A stretch of 64,000 nt of DNA, from the NCBI GenBank assembly GCA_000182565.2, contig KQ257453.1. One strand, 5' to 3'. This document shows positions 34,599-49,261 of this stretch, piece by piece. The DNA comes from Spizellomyces punctatus DAOM BR117 (taxonomy: Eukaryota). The translations under genes were made by a program, and so were the position numbers. How positions within the stretch are numbered: the stretch's first letter is position 1; each line of letters starts with the position of its first letter. The notes under the pieces are model-generated. The model was not told where the DNA came from. It saw only the letters and a list, made by a program, of their open reading frames with translations, and searched no databases.

Positions 34599-35807
34599 GG
34601 CGAACAAGGAGCTACAGTCATGTAGCAGTAAGTAGAAAAAGCCTCGGAGATCGAACACTCGTTTATCATCGGAACATTATTATATAAAACTAAGGGTAAA
34701 GTATGCAGTAACATGGATGAGGATCCCTTGGATGTTTTTGATTCTTTTAATTGCTACTATTGCGGTTCTCGGATGATTTTCAGCGTATAGGGGTATGCAG
34801 TGAGGGCAGGAAATTCGATGCTTACGAAAGTCCGATCAATGTAACGTAATCCGCTCCCAACCTCCCTCAATGATGTGAATTGCTGGCATTTTGCTATGGA
34901 CAATGGACAAACATTTGGTTCGTTTGCGTATGCTTGTATGTGCGGACCTGGATGGCCTTGTGCTGATGCATCAAATCTGTAAATATATAGTTCAGAGTCC
35001 ATGTTGCTTTAATGCATCCATGTCGTTACGGGTCTTGTCTCGAGTATGAACTCGTGTGTGTGCCAAAAGACTAACCTCGTGTGCATGCGTGTAACTATTG
35101 CTCTCGAGTGACATCTGTTCCGTCCATCACTTGGTATTGGTAAAAGCCTCCCCCGTCACCCGTGATTCATGATTGCTCTATTTTGCCAAAACTCAAAAAG
35201 CGGGGCTCCATTCTTCAAAGCCCCCGTCCAACCATTTGAGTTATAAAGCTTCAATGTGCCGATTCGTCCATCTCTGGTAAAAACAACTCGCGCAAACATG
35301 ATGAATAATCAGCACCTTGAAGAAAGCAAAAAGCGTCTTGCCGCTCGAGGTAAGAGTTGCAATACGCATGTGTGTGTAGCTAGTGAAGATCCAACTAAAA
35401 AGCAACAAAAAGAGCGCGCAGAGCAACTCTTTCGCGAGCAACAAGAGCACGAAGAGCAAGAGAGGCGTGGATGGACACGCATTGCAGACCTGATTGTAAT
35501 GCACCATCAACCCAAAACCAAGACGAGAAAAGAACATAATGAACAGACGGGAGAAAAAGAAGAAAAGAGCAAAGCGAGAGAGAAAGCGAGACAATTGTAT
35601 GAACAAGCTGAAGAACAAGAGCAAAGGAAAAAGAGTGTGAGACGGTTGGTTGGACGAGTGTGAAATGTGTGTTCTGCATTATAGTGTAGGGATGAATTGC
35701 AGAAAAGTAACATGTAAGAATTCAATATGCAGTAAGCGTCTCTCGATGGGGAGTGTGAGAAAAAAAACCATTTTCTCTCCCTCTTGAGAGATATATGTCA
35801 GGAATCG

Positions 35808-37000
35808 TTACCCAACTATGCTGCGGTCGCGGGTTTCGAAATCTAGCACTCCCATGCGGGCATGGCCGCTCTTCAAGTAGCGGAATAGGGAAGTTACGCA
35901 CTTGGCAAACTTTTTCCTATCCTCGCCTTTTGCCAAATCAAATTCCTTTGTCTTCTTGAGCACCATGTAGTCTTCTGCGGCCAGACCGGTGCCTTCGAGA
36001 TTCTTCAAATAGTTGCTTGAGAACACCGCGGATACCAAATAGCATCGACGGTGATGAATGAAAAAAATGAAGACCTATCGATGCGCATCAGCACGGAAAA
36101 ATCCAGCTATGAAAAGAAGAATGTCGGCATCTAAATACCTCAGGAGTCCCATGTGATTTCTTTTTTTCATTATGTTGCGCGATTGCAATGGCTTCAGCGG
36201 CGACTTGAGCCGTGATCGCAACATCATTTTTCTTATGCAGGTGGCGCTTCGCCTCAACGCCAAAGGCCACAGTGGTGCTTACTCTCTTTTTCCCATCTCG
36301 ATTGCAGTGGGTAACTGCTCCGTAACCATCTGTTAGAGAGTTTACCAATGACCCCTGAATGGTAAGGCGCCCATGGAAAGATTGGGAGCGCACATCCAAC
36401 TCCATAGTGGTCCCATCGATGTCAAACCTCCCTGGTCCGCAAATGTCCTGACAGTTCCACAGGTTCAAAAAGCCAAGCAGAGTTTTTTCGGCAACCTTTT
36501 CCGCCTTATCCTCATCGTTTGTCCCGCGGGTATCCACAGACACGTCGCTAACATCTGAAGCGACAGTATTACCAGATCCAAAGGCCAATAGTTCCCTCAA
36601 ATCAAGGAAAAAAAGGGCGTAAATGCCGGGATTAGGTACCGCCTTCTCCAATATTTCACCACGAGTTGCCTCAAACAGCACCCCATGTTCTTCTAGCTCT
36701 GACATGCCACACACCAAAAAGTCAATATGAGCTGGCATTTTTTGACTGTATAAACTGAGGCAAACCTTGCTCTGATGGGTAGTACTCTTCAGGTACGACA
36801 AACTTGGGGTCAAGTCTCTCCACCATGTGCACTTTGGCGGCAGCATAATACCGACTATCCCACTTTGAAGCTGACTTCAAGTCATTGTCGGCGACCACAA
36901 TTCGTGTAAAGGTGTGTAAGCGGTTGGGATTGTTTAGTAGCTTAAACTCTGGATCGTCCTGAAGCAGCTCTTCAAGTGGGATACGGTGAGAGAATGTCAT
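35808..37000 (-). CDS. PD-(D/E)xK restriction-endonuclease-fold protein (fungal, Crinkler REase-like)
   Basis: SLTDGYG...FGVEAKR...TAQVAAEAIAIA motif order. Three exons, with introns at ~36700-36765 and ~36075-36138. Confidence 0.55.
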
Positions 37001-37569
37001 TGTTGCAATGGTCTGAAATGTGTTTTGCTCGATTATAAGGACATTCCCAATATAAATCATGTGATTGTTTGTTGCCCCATTCCGGCGTAATATTTTGCTT
37101 TGATATTTTTGTATCTCTCTCTTTTTCAATGTGTCTCGCCGAGTGTATTTGTTTACAAGTTTATTTATATATGCAACCGCGGTCTCTCTTCTCTTAAGCA
37201 ACCCCAACAAAAAGATGATTCAGTGGCTATAATTAAAGACTACACACGTATAACATATTTGCATATTGGCATAAGAGTCAATTGCCGCCTTTCTCATACA
37301 TCTCTCTGACACACACACAGACTCTATCGCAGATTCATTTGTTTTGTTGTGGAATTCTTTCCATGTGTGTGTTTGTATGATCATTGCTTGCTCTCATCTC
37401 TGTTCATCATGTGATATCCCATTCCACGTGTTCTTTCAATCTTTTCATCATTGTGATATTATCACGTGATTATTATTAGTGATTAGTATGTGTGTGTTAT
37501 GGATCTTCCTTTTTCCCACGCACTCGTAGGTTTTTGTTGTTTTGTTCATCATCATCATCTTTAGTAACA

Positions 37570-39860
37570 ATGGCTACGGACACGCTTGCCATCAACACGA
37601 TTCGCACACTCGCTCCTGATGTCGTCCAAAAGGCAAACTCTGGTCATCCAGGCGCTCCCATGGGATGTGCTCCCATGGCTCACGTCTTGTTTTCACGCTT
37701 CATCTCTGCCAACCCACAGAACCCTCACTGGGTATGTCTTATTGGTTTTTTTTTATCACGTATTGCTTGCTCACTTTTGTTGTTTCGCAGATTAACCGCG
37801 ATCGCTTTGTTTTGTCAAACGGTCACGGATGTGTTCTGCAGTATGTCATGCTTCACCTCCTCGGCTATGACTTGTCCATGGAGGACCTGCAATCCTTTCG
37901 TCAAGTAGGCTCAAAGTAAGAGTTTTTTTATGGTTGGGATGAACAGAGAGGGCATCGCCATTGTGGCAAAATGCCCGTCGTGTCCCACTTTTGCCTTACG
38001 TTCCCCTCGTCTATGCCACTCACTAACGCTCGGTCATGACTCGTTGCCAGAACCCCAGGTCATCCAGAGGCAAACCACGGCACACCAGGAATCGAGGTTA
38101 CTACCGGCCCCCTCGGTCAGGGCATTGCCAGTGCCGTCGGTCTCGCTATTGCAGAGGCCCACCTCGCCGCTGAATTCAACCAGCCCGGCTTTGATCTCGT
38201 TGACAACTACACCTACTGCATCCTCGGTGACGGTTGCATGCAAGAAGGCGTTCAAGCGGAAGCCGCTTCCTTGGCTGGCCACTTGCAACTGGGCAAACTC
38301 ATTGCCTTGTACGATGACAACCACATTCAGATTGACGGAGACACTGCCCTTGGATTCACAGAAAATGTCCGCTTGCGCTACGAATCTTATGGCTGGCACG
38401 TTCAGTTTGTCGAAAACGGTGACTCGGACATTGCCGCGTTGACCAACGCCATTGAAGCCGCCAAAAAAGTCACAGACAAACCATCCTTGATCCAAGTCCG
38501 CACCACCATTGGCTATGGATCAAAGAATGAGGGAGAGGAAAAGGTTCACGGTGCTCCCCTCGGCGAACCCGATATCGCTCAAGTAAAGACCAAATTTGGT
38601 TTTAGCCCCGACCAGAAATTCAATGTCCCCCAACAAGTCTATGACTTTTACGGCAAGGTAGCTGCCAAGGGCAAGGACGCAGAAGCCCAGTGGAACCAGC
38701 TCTTTGACCGCTACGCGGCTCAGTTCCCTCAGCTCGCCGCTGACTTTAAGCGTCGCCTCGCCAAAAAACTCCCAGACAACATCAAAGATCTCTTGCCCAC
38801 CTACAAGCCCAGTGACCCCCCCGTGGCGACCCGCAAACTCTCTGAAACCGTCTTGAACAAGATCGCCCCACAGCTTCCCGAGCTTATTGGTGGTTCGGCC
38901 GATTTGACTGGCTCAAATCTGACCCGCTGGAAGGGCGCCGAAGACTTTCAACCCCCATCCACTAAACTTGGCTCGTACAAGGGCCGCTACATTCGCTTTG
39001 GTGTCCGCGAACACGCCATGGCCGCGATTTGCAACGGTATCTCTGCTTACGGGGCCTTGATTCCCTTTGGAGCCACCTTTTTCAACTTTATCAGCTACGC
39101 TCTCGGTGCCGTCCGTTTGAGCGCATTGTCCAAGCATCACGTTTTGTACATTATGACCCACGACTCGATTGGATTGGGCGAAGACGGTCCTACCCATCAA
39201 CCCATTGAGACGCTGGCCTGCATGCGCGCCATGCCCAACATTCTCAACTTTAGACCCGCGGATGGCAACGAAGTCTCTGGCTCCTACCTCGTGTCTCTTG
39301 AAGCCCACGACCGCCCCTCTGTACTGATTCTCACCCGCCAAAACCTCCCCCAGCTCGCCGGCTCCTCGATTGAAGCCGTCCGTAAGGGCGCCTACGTCCT
39401 CGAAGACGCACCCAACCCCTCGGTCATTCTGGTCGCCACGGGTTCCGAAGTCTCCCTTGCGGTCGACACGGCCGCCCAGCTTGCCAGTGAAAACATTGCT
39501 GCTCGCGTTGTTTCAATGCCCTGTTGGGAGCTCTTCGAGGAGCAATCGGTCGAGTACCAGCAATCCGTCTTTTTGGATGGCGTGCCTGTCGTGAGCATTG
39601 AAGCCATGTCAACGTTTGGATGGCAAAAGTGGGCGCATTTGACGTGTGGAATTGATACTTTTGGTGCGAGTGGGCCTTACAAGGTATGTCTGTTATTTTT
39701 TATCTTTACTTTTGCATATACTGACCATGACAATCTGGGATTTAGGACTTGTACAAGAAATTCGGACTGGTTCCTGATGTCATTGCTGCCAAAGCTAAAA
39801 AGCTGATTGCCTTTTACAAGGACCGCAAGCCCGAGAACAAGATTCAGAGGATTTAAATAG
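37570..39860 (+). CDS. TKL1: Transketolase
   Basis: [63 protein letters not shown]. Introns at ~37732-37790, ~37917-38050 and ~39685-39745. Confidence 0.98.
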
Positions 39861-40187
39861 TGTCTTTTTTTTGTTTGTTTTTGGATCTTGAGATTTTTGT
39901 GGTTGAGGGAATATGTAAACGCAGGATGATAGGACCGCTTCTGAATCTGAATTTTTGTATTTTTCCTTGTATGTGTGTGTGTATCATGATGACATGGCCA
40001 GATGTGACAGACATTTGTGTTGTATCGGCGACATGTATCAAAATCCCAATACCCAAGATACACCGCTTAAATATGCAAAAAGGTACCTATCGCCCACGCC
40101 TCCTAACATTGCCATCAACCCCGTCATCATCCCTCACCTCTATCCCCGCTAAACAACGTACACCTCACCTATATATACGCAAAAAGT

Positions 40188-41300
40188 CTAGCGTACCCGC
40201 CGTCGACCCCTCCACAACACGGCACTCGAAAACAGCATAATCCCATACCTACCCAACAGAGAAAAAACACTCAAATATTAAAAATCCCCTACAACAACAA
40301 CAAAATCACAACAAGAACATACCACGTAATAGCATACTGCAAATGATTATTCCTAAAATTCGTAAAAGCCTTCCGCCGAAACGGCGGCGTCTCCAACCCT
40401 TTATTCAATTCCGAATCTAAAAGAAACTCGTTAACCACACAATACACTTAAACCCAAATCTCAAAACAAAACTCTTTTACCTTCCAACAATTCAACTAGG
40501 ATCGGTTCTGCACCTACGTGGGAGGCCATACCCTTTAAATCCATCCAATACCATTCGTTTTTATCTGTTCGATGAAACATTAATACATAGGAGACAGGTA
40601 TCCCGTCGCAGAATCGAATGTACCTGGTCGATTCTTGGGCATGAATATGGATCCCTACAAAAACAACACCATCAGCACTTTTCTCCAAAAACCAAACAAA
40701 ATCCACAAAAAAAAGCATTACCTCCTCCCCTCTCTTCAAAACCCCCTCAACCCCAACACCACCCTCAACACTCTTCACACCAACCCCTCTAGGAACCCAC
40801 CCCCGATTCACCAAAACAATCCGACCATCATCATTCCGGAACCCCGATATCAAGAAATATCCAACGGGGTTGTGTTGGGTGGGTGGTATATCCGTTCTAG
40901 TTCGTGGACCGAGATGGATATCGGGGGACGTGAATTGGCCTTTTAGAGTTACGCGGGTGTATTCATCCAACGGCGTTATCCTAAAAGATGGTCACATCAC
41001 GCAAAGAGTAGAATCAAAAGTATGATGATTATACATACGTTTCAGGAAGAGGGATACCACCTCTAGACATCCTCTCCTCCCATTTACGAATCAAATCCAA
41101 TTTCCAATCGAGTCGGTATAATTGCCATGATCCAAGACAGAATGTTGTGAGAGGGACGCTCCAGAGCCAGCCTCCGAGGCGGGGTTGGTGGGGGGATGAG
41201 GTATGGGGACCTAATGTGAAAATGGGTGGGTTTAGGGGTTGTTTTTTGGGGATGTGGAGGGGATATAAAACGTACCTGCTCGAATTCCTCGCCAGATCAT
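40188..41300 (-). CDS. SHY1: SURF1/Shy1 cytochrome c oxidase assembly factor
   Basis: TFCLGSWQLYRLDWKLDLI, EYTRVTLKGQF, VLVNRGWVP, WYWMDL, FRNNHLQYAIT/WYG. Alternative in-frame ATG at 41381. Confidence 0.9.
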
Positions 41301-41653
41301 TATCCTTTGCTGGAGATTTGCTATAGCGAGAAACTGTTGGTATGGGTTTCGGGTGGTCACGTGTGTATGTGATGTCAGCATGGGACTTCTTCAAGATCCC
41401 AGATATCGTAGATGGGTGGGCAGGTATCCCGTCATGTTTTTTGTTTCCAACTTTGAAAAGATGTGTTTAAGGCGTTCGTGAACATTCTAGGAAGTTTCGG
41501 TGGACCATGATGGATTTCAGAGAATATTTGGAATTCAATCAGACGTTCGGGGGATAATCCTCGGTTGGGACAAAACAATCTTGGAAAAAGTAACCCAATG
41601 TACAATGCAACATTCCATGTCCTTTCTGTTTATATCTGTTTTCTTTATTTTGG

Positions 41654-42590
41654 TTAAACAGACGCATCATCATCTTCATCCTCTTCCTCATGCTCATCCT
41701 CATCCTCGTCCTCATCCTCTTCATCCTCTTCATCATCCTCATACCAAAAATTCTCATCATCGTCTGTTGGAGGCGGTGGCTTAATCACAAAATCCGCTTC
41801 TACAAAAAAAAAGCATTAGCAAAAGCCCCACACACATTTACCACCAATAGCACATGTACGCACCACTGGTAGGCATCACCAAATCCCCAGGAATATCCCC
41901 CCGACTCTTCTCCACCTGTGCCCTTACAATCTCCTCAAAAGCCCCCCGATCCTTCCGATACAACACCCCTGCATTCACATTCGCAGGTGACGAACAATTC
42001 GGATCATTCAGTAATGATAAAATGGATAACAGCACGCTTTCGACACTTTGAGTTGGGTTCCATCGTTCTGAGGCGGATTCACCAGAGAGAGGGTCGTCGC
42101 CTGGGGGGTGGAGGATTGAGATGCAGAGACGGCCGTCGGGGTAGACGTTTGGGTGGAAAAAGGGGGAATTGAAGGTAAAGGTCGGAGGGTTGAAGGGGAA
42201 GTCTTGTGGGAATTTGAGGGTTGCCTGAATTTTTGAACGAGTCAATTACACAAGATATTTTTGGTATGTTGATTTGGTATTGGTACTTACCAAGAAATAC
42301 CCCCCAGCATACGGCGTCCGAAACGGACCAATAATCCCCACCCTAAGAAACAAACCTTTAACCATCACCACCCATCAACAACTCCTCAAACAAACGTTAA
42401 AGAACTCACTCCCACTCAAAAATATTATCATCCTTCATGGCGACGCGAAACCCCGGAATCGGATGCTTCATCAACTCTGCACAAGAATCCACACCCAATA
42501 CACATGAACAATCCATCTTGCGTAAGATAACGTGTTACAACGCATACCTTTAAGTTGCCGCTGTAAAGCATGTTGCGCGGCATTTGACAT
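41654..42590 (-). CDS. CDC34: Ubiquitin-conjugating enzyme E2, Cdc34/UBE2R type
   Basis: FHPNVYPDGRLCISILHPPGDDPLSGESASERWNPTQSVES (acidic loop insertion), SSPANV and an acidic C-terminal tail. Confidence 0.92.
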
Positions 42591-43297
42591 TTCCAGAGTT
42601 CACAAAACACTATGTCGCTTTCTGAAACAATTGTTAAATACCCGTTGGAAAAAAGGATTAACAGTGCGCAGTAAAAATAACGAAAACACAACACGCATGC
42701 AATTCAACACTTGATGGGGGATTATTGTTGCCATGTCAATATGAGATCTAGTGCACTCGAATGTGTTTGTTTATATTACAAGCATTTGCACACATCTGGT
42801 ATTGGTATATCATTATTCCATTTGCTTTTTGTTAGTTTTGTTACTCGTACTTTTGGCGCTAGATGGCTCATCACATCACCAACATTGCTTTGAACTTTGG
42901 GTTTATTTGTTGTATATAGTCACGTTCCATTTTCCATGGCCTGCTCGTAAGGACGGTATGTGCCTTCCCAACACAGCATCAAGTTTCGGTTGCATTTGCT
43001 CACGACCCACATGTATGCAAACACACATATTGCTGAATTCGTACGTGCTTCTTACATTGCACTATTCTCTTAATGTGGGATGGTAGGTACAGATATGATG
43101 CAATCTTGCGCACAAAAAGAAAATGAAAAGTGAATTGTGCCTGTACGCTTATTGAATGTCAAATGGATTGTCAACATGACCGAGATTCGTATCAGCTTTA
43201 GATCAAAACAAATGGAGTGGGCGTTGAATCTGAATATTGCATAACTTGTATGAAATGCATGATATTCTGATATCTCAAATGTTGGGAAGGTTAGGGT

Positions 43298-43419
43298 ATC
43301 TAACATGGTGACTGGTAAATACAAAGGTCGACTACGCGGATTCACATTCTGATATCCCGAATAATGGGAATCTAACATGGTGACTACTAAATACAAAGGT
43401 GGACTACTGCAAATCCACA
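43298..43419. repeat. Short diverged direct repeat (~48 bp x2, 72-bp spacing)
   Basis: tctaacatggtgact(ggt/act)aaatacaaaggt(c/g)gactac at ~43298 and ~43370. Confidence 0.75.
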
Positions 43420-43422
43420 GGA

Positions 43423-46400
43423 ATGCAAGCGTTTGTCCGAAGCCAGCACGTACGAAAGATGAGCGATCTCTCACATAAAATGACGCGATACGTAAGCGCG
43501 ATCCAAGAACAACACATCTCATCCCATATCCTTTTTCAATACCAAAAACAGATCTACAAGAAACGATGGAATACCGCCAAACGATTCCAGACGCCCACCC
43601 TAAACCCATCCTAGCCCTCCAATATAACCCCTTCCGACGTGAAATCTACAGTGGGGGAGAAGGTAAAAAATCCAAAGTTTTTACATATCAAAAGTTGTTT
43701 TAAAACCTTGCAATTTTCTCTAGATGCCATTATACGTGTATGGGAGGAATCAGGAAAACTCTCTTCGACACTCTCTGAACATGTTGGGTGGATCACGGGG
43801 CTTTTGTACTGGTATGTTCTGCTTTTTTTTTTTGCTCTTTTGAGATGAGGCATAAATAACGTACGTATGCACTAGCAAGGAGCATAAACTGCTATTTTCA
43901 TGCGCGATCGATGGGATGTTGATTGCATGGTCAAACGGCAAAGTCCTCCAAAAAATCGAGGTAAAGCAAAACCGCCCTCAAACTCTAACAAACCCATTTT
44001 TCTCATTTCCTTTATCATAGACGGGCTCACCCATCTACTCTCTCGCATACAACTCTCGTCGTCAACAAATCATGGTAGGCTGTAACAGACAAGTCCGCGT
44101 CTTCCAACTCGTCAGCACAGAAGAAACACATACATCCGATATCCTCGAACGGAAATCCGTATCCTGTACCGAACACTCTGATATCGTGAGTTGTATCGTG
44201 TCGTGTGAAGGGAGGTTTTATTCTGCTGGGTATGTTCTACGCAATATACTATTCGGTCCATATAAAAACGAAATTGAGAGTTTTGTGGTGCGGGGTAGGT
44301 ATGATCGTAAGATTATAATATACGATATTCCACATCACGGAAACCTCAAGCTACGGGTATCGAATGTGATTAGCAATGCGCACGATGCGGCGATTTCTTG
44401 TATGATTTATGGTAAAGATGCTGATAATAGCTGGTAAGTGAAAACAATCCATATTGTTTGTATGTAAAGGAGAGAGTTCTAATGATCCAAAGGTTGATTA
44501 CAGGATCATTTGATCGGTCCGTGAAACTTTGGTCTTTGGATGGCAACTTGTTGCAAAAGTTTGATGGGTTAAGGTAAAGCTATCCTTTTGTTTCCACATG
44601 TTTTCAATATGTGTGTTCCTGAACCGGATCTAGTGATACCGTCACATCCCTCTGCTACGTCCTCCCTACACAGACGCTATGGATCACGACAAATTCCAAT
44701 GTTCCCATTGTTTACGACCCTCGAAGTGGTATCAATGTGAGACCTACCCATCATACAAAAATGTTGAACGTATATTCACATACGGCATTTAGGTATCGGA
44801 TTTTGTACGGACGGGAGAAGAAGGGTTTCAGCATAGTAGCGGCGGGTTCGCGTTTAAACACCTCTTATTTGTCCCGGAAGTGAATGAAGTGTTTGCTGCG
44901 ACGAATCGCAAGAGTATCGTTGTGTGGAAATTCAATCCTTCTGCGGCTTTGACGGTTTTACCGGGGCATACCGATGTCGTCGAGTGTTTGACGTTCAGTA
45001 TGTATCTTTTTGTTTGGATTTAACCCGAGAGTTGCCATGATATCGTGGTGCATTTATTGACTTTTTTTTGCATTGTCTCTTTTTTGGGTAAGCTTCCAAG
45101 GAACCATTATTAATCTTTAGTGGAGGAGACGACGGCGTGATTCGCAAATGGGAACGTCTGCAGTTGAATACCTTCATGTACAGGTAAAGAAGCACACCCT
45201 CACATTCCCACTCCAAACCTGGAACACACACATGAAATGGCTATTCATCACAGCAAAGAAGTCCTCACCCTCCCGAAAGAAGAAAAGCAAGAAGAAGCCC
45301 CTATGCTCTACACATTCTCCCGGGACCCCGAAGAACGCCGAAAAAAACAAGCAGCCCTCCATAAACGGGTTACAGCCAAACTCAACTCTTGGGAACGCGT
45401 AGAAGAAGACCCAGCATCCACACTCTTGCTCACCCAAGATGCGTTACGAACACTACGTAAAAAAGATCATGAAATTGATCCGGAAAACAAGATTTTGAAA
45501 TTAAAAAATAATCGGAGTTTGGAGGGGCTGGAGAATCTTCGTCGAAAAAGTCAAGACGAGCCTTCCAAACCGGGCGTCGTGTCCTTGTTGTATACGAAGA
45601 GTTGGATCTCCTAATCTCTGGNNNNNNNNNNNNNNNNNNNNNNNNNNNNNNNNNNNNNNNNNNNNNNNNNNNNNNNNNNNNNNNNNNNNNNNNNNNNNNN
45701 NNNNNNNNNNNNNNNNNNNNNNNNNNNNNNNNNNNNNNNNNNNNNNNNNNNNNNNNNNNNNNNNNNNNNNNNNNNGAAGCATTTAACGATAAAGACAAGG
45801 AAGGCGTTGATCCAACGGGACTGGCGAATGATGGTGTAACGAATCGTGTTGCGGGCATGTCCCTCAAATACACATTGGAAGAACACAAGGGAGCCGTTAC
45901 TGGAATTGCATGTTTTGCGAGGGATGGGACTCATTGGCTGGTATGTGCACGTTCGTTTTACAACCAAAAAAAGGCCAGACACGCACCTAGGACTCACATA
46001 AACAAAAAAGCTCAGTTCCGGATTCGATCGTCGTATCTGCATATGGGAGTACATGCCCACAACCGCCCAATTCCAACGCCACGACGTCTTTCGAAACGCT
46101 CACGCAGGGTTCGGTAAAGAAGAACTCGCTGCAGATGGCATCATCCTCGACCTTGCTTACTGCCCAGAACGAAACGAGTTTGCCTATGCTTCAGCAGATA
46201 AACTGGCTTATATCCGTAAATTCTCACCAAAAGGGACCGAAATGTTACTACAAGCCATTTTACAAGGCCACGAAGCCGAAGTCACACAGGTAAAACACAA
46301 AGCTACAAGTTTACCTGAACATTCTTGCCTTTTTAACACAACGTCCAGATCAAATGGAACGACATTCACAAACAATGGATAACAGCCTCTGAGGACCGTA

Positions 46401-47419
46401 CGATCCGTATCTGGCCTCCAGAAGGTATCCCCTGTCTCCGCGTCATCAACAACGACGCACCCTGTACCGCACTCTGTATCGACAATGTCAACGGGAGTAT
46501 TATCACCGGGTCCCAAGATAAGATTATTCGTGTGTTTGATCCGGATAAAAAGGATGAGTTGGTGCAAAAGAATGTGGGACATACGGATGAAGTTCGATGT
46601 ATTATACACATCCCGGTTCGGAATCAGGTACGAAAAAGAAGTAACAGAAGCTACCATGTTTTATTGTTTTTACATTTCAAATGTCTTCTTTTTCTTTTGG
46701 GTGGTGACAGTATGTATCGGCCTCGTGGGATAACACTGTGCGCGTATGGAATGGTATGCTACCATTCAATCTTTCTTTTGTCAAAATTTTTCACTTTTTA
46801 ACACCGTCGATACCCTATCCAGCATACCTCAAAAAAGGTCAGCTCCCAACCACCCAAAACCACATAATTCCTCTTTCTTACCCCTCTATCGATAGGACAA
46901 CGCCGAATCGCAGCATCAAAAAGCACTACATACACCCCCACAGGAACATTTGACGAACTCGAAGATGTACGTTTCATCAGAGTATCCCACACTTGTTTCC
47001 GTTACTCACAAAACCTTTTTTCACAGTCAGCAACATATTCTGACATTAACCCCCTCATTAAACCCAAACTGCTCTCCAAACCCCTCTTCATAACCGACTT
47101 ATCCCCAACAAAAGGCTCCCATAAAGACGAGTACGGGTTACCCACCGTAAGTTAAAAAACACCCCATTACCACTCCAAACCCCCATCTTACACATTACTG
47201 TTTTAAAGCAACAATCTCGACTTGAAGATGAACTCCGATCTACACTGAATGATCTGGAAAACGCATTAGCGGCATCCGATGTAAGTTTGATAAAATGTGC
47301 ATGTTTTGGGTTCTTTTTGCTGTTTTGGTAATTCTATTGGGTAGAAGGCACAGAGTGCTAAACGAGGTAGAGGAACGAAATCAGATCGACGAAAAGGGTC
47401 TGAAGGACGGATTGGATAG
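43423..47419 (+). CDS. Multi-exon WD40-repeat protein (two WD clusters), orthology not identified
   Basis: Repeated WD units: EHVGWITGL, ITGSFDRSVKLWSL, GHTDVVECL, IFSGGDDGVIRKWE, GHEAEVTQ/WITASEDRTIRIW, GHTDEVRC/YVSASWDNTVRVW. Spans an assembly gap; the ends are approximate. Confidence 0.75.
45622..45775. other. Assembly gap (N run)
   Basis: 154 consecutive N. Confidence 1.
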
Positions 47420-48128
47420 TCATACATACAGTATTTATTTATTATACAATTTATGTGTGAGAAATGTTATGGGCTTGCTCTGAGAGATGGCAGGGTCATA
47501 TCGCTCGCAAGTGCATCTCCCCGTCCCTGTAGCCCGTAATGCAGTTCCTATCGTCTATATCGTAATCATTGCACACCTTGTCACCCATTCCAACATGGAG
47601 AAACCTGCGGAATGGGAGGCGAAGGCGGTAGTGTTTTGTTGTGTACACTTGCGAAAAGTAACGATTTTGATAAACAAAAAACAAAACGAAATAGCACGAA
47701 TGTTGGATTATCACTTGTATGGGCACTGCAACCGAGATTGCAACCATACTCTTAACGTGACTGAAAAGCGTGTGTGCAGTGACTGGGTACATTTAATCGA
47801 ATAAATGCATTAAATCCTACTTTATGTAATAAAGTGTTATTTACCTTGGATGGTTAAGCGACAAGCTGCGCGTTGTGTGCTAGAAAATAAACTTACTCCA
47901 CGATCACTCCGTTATTTGCAAAAATGACTTTGGTTTTTTTTAGACTTTCAAATTGTTGCTCCGCAGCGTTTTTTTTGTGTTGCTGATAAGCGGAAAAGTG
48001 CAGCAGCAACATGAGAGCAAAAAAAAAAAAATAGATGGAAACAAGAATGACTGTGATGCTGAAAATATAAAAGCATAGCGAATCAACTGACACCATCTTA
48101 GCATCTCATCCCCATCCTCATCAAAGCC

Positions 48129-48934
48129 ATGCACAGTCTTGCTATTCTCACATTGTCGCTGGTCAGCGTAGTGGTTGCCCAGAATGAAGGTGGCCCAGTG
48201 TCGCTGCCTCGTCCAATTCCTTCCTTGACTCTCCCATCTGTGCCATCTGGGTTCCCTACTACTTTTCCTTCGGCGTTCCCATCGGCGTTCCCAACCATTG
48301 CTCCATCTAGTCTGCCGCAGACAGCGGGACCGTCCAGTGTGACAGCAAGTATAGCACCCAGTGGAGCGCCTACCCCGAGGGCCACAAGTTCTCCGACGAA
48401 CCCAATAGGCAATTCCCCAAGCAATCTACCAGGAGGAGGTAAATGACCACGAATCTAAGCAAAAATCATACTATGACAAAGGTGTTGATTCATGATCATC
48501 CTTGGCTATTAGATTGCATGCAACTAGTGAGTGGGCTCGTCGACTGTGAAAGTGAATTTGTCCGGGCTGCCATTACCCAGTCCATCGATTACCCCTCCGA
48601 AGCCTTTGACACGGCAATCGCAAAATTTAGCTCCTGCACATGCGACATGTTCGGAAAACTCAATAGCCTCCAAAGCTGCAAGAGCAATATGAACGACCAA
48701 GAGTTGAAGGATGTGAAAGGCGTTTGTGCCGAACAGCCTTTGAGTGTCAACAAAGTTTTCCTAGCCATTGGAAAGGCTACCGGACAAACTGCTACGATCA
48801 AGTTGCCAAATGGAAAGACTGTCACCCCACCGTTCAAGAATGCAAAGGGTGAGGTTGTCAACAGTGCTCAGAACACTGGAGCCTCTCTCATGGGGGTCAT
48901 TGGGTTGGCTTTGGCTGTCGTTGCTGCTATGTAG
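48129..48934 (+). CDS. Secreted, probably GPI-anchored surface protein (P/S/T-rich stalk plus 6-Cys domain)
   Basis: Signal peptide MHSLAILTLSLVSVVVA, intron 48439-48512, and C-terminal NSA..GASLMGVIGLALAVVAAM GPI-type signal. Confidence 0.8.
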
Positions 48935-49261
48935 ATTTCAACTTCTGTAACAAGAAAATACCTCATAGACTGCTGGCAAATATAAGCAGAGCACACTAGT
49001 TTAGATGGGCTAGATGAGCATAGTTCGCAAATAAAAAAAAGTTATATCCAACTCGATGTTTGCGTAATCATTGTAAAGACTTAATTTCCAGATGACTGTG
49101 CAAACCGATTAGCCAATAAAAAGGTGGCACAGCTCTCATTCTTTTTGGCGAGACTGGAAATGAACGATCGCTTGGCGACTATCTGCAAAAAACACACCTA
49201 CAAAAGCGAGTCGACTGGGACATTGGACGGGTGGGACGCCAGTAACAGAACTCATACAAAA

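Noticed and set aside
35256-35663. 135-aa charged (E/K/Q/R) ORF
   Set aside because: Low complexity, no recognisable domain, purine-rich sequence can stay open by chance; not called as a gene.
45430-46117. ORFs spanning the N run
   Set aside because: Artefacts of translating through the assembly gap.
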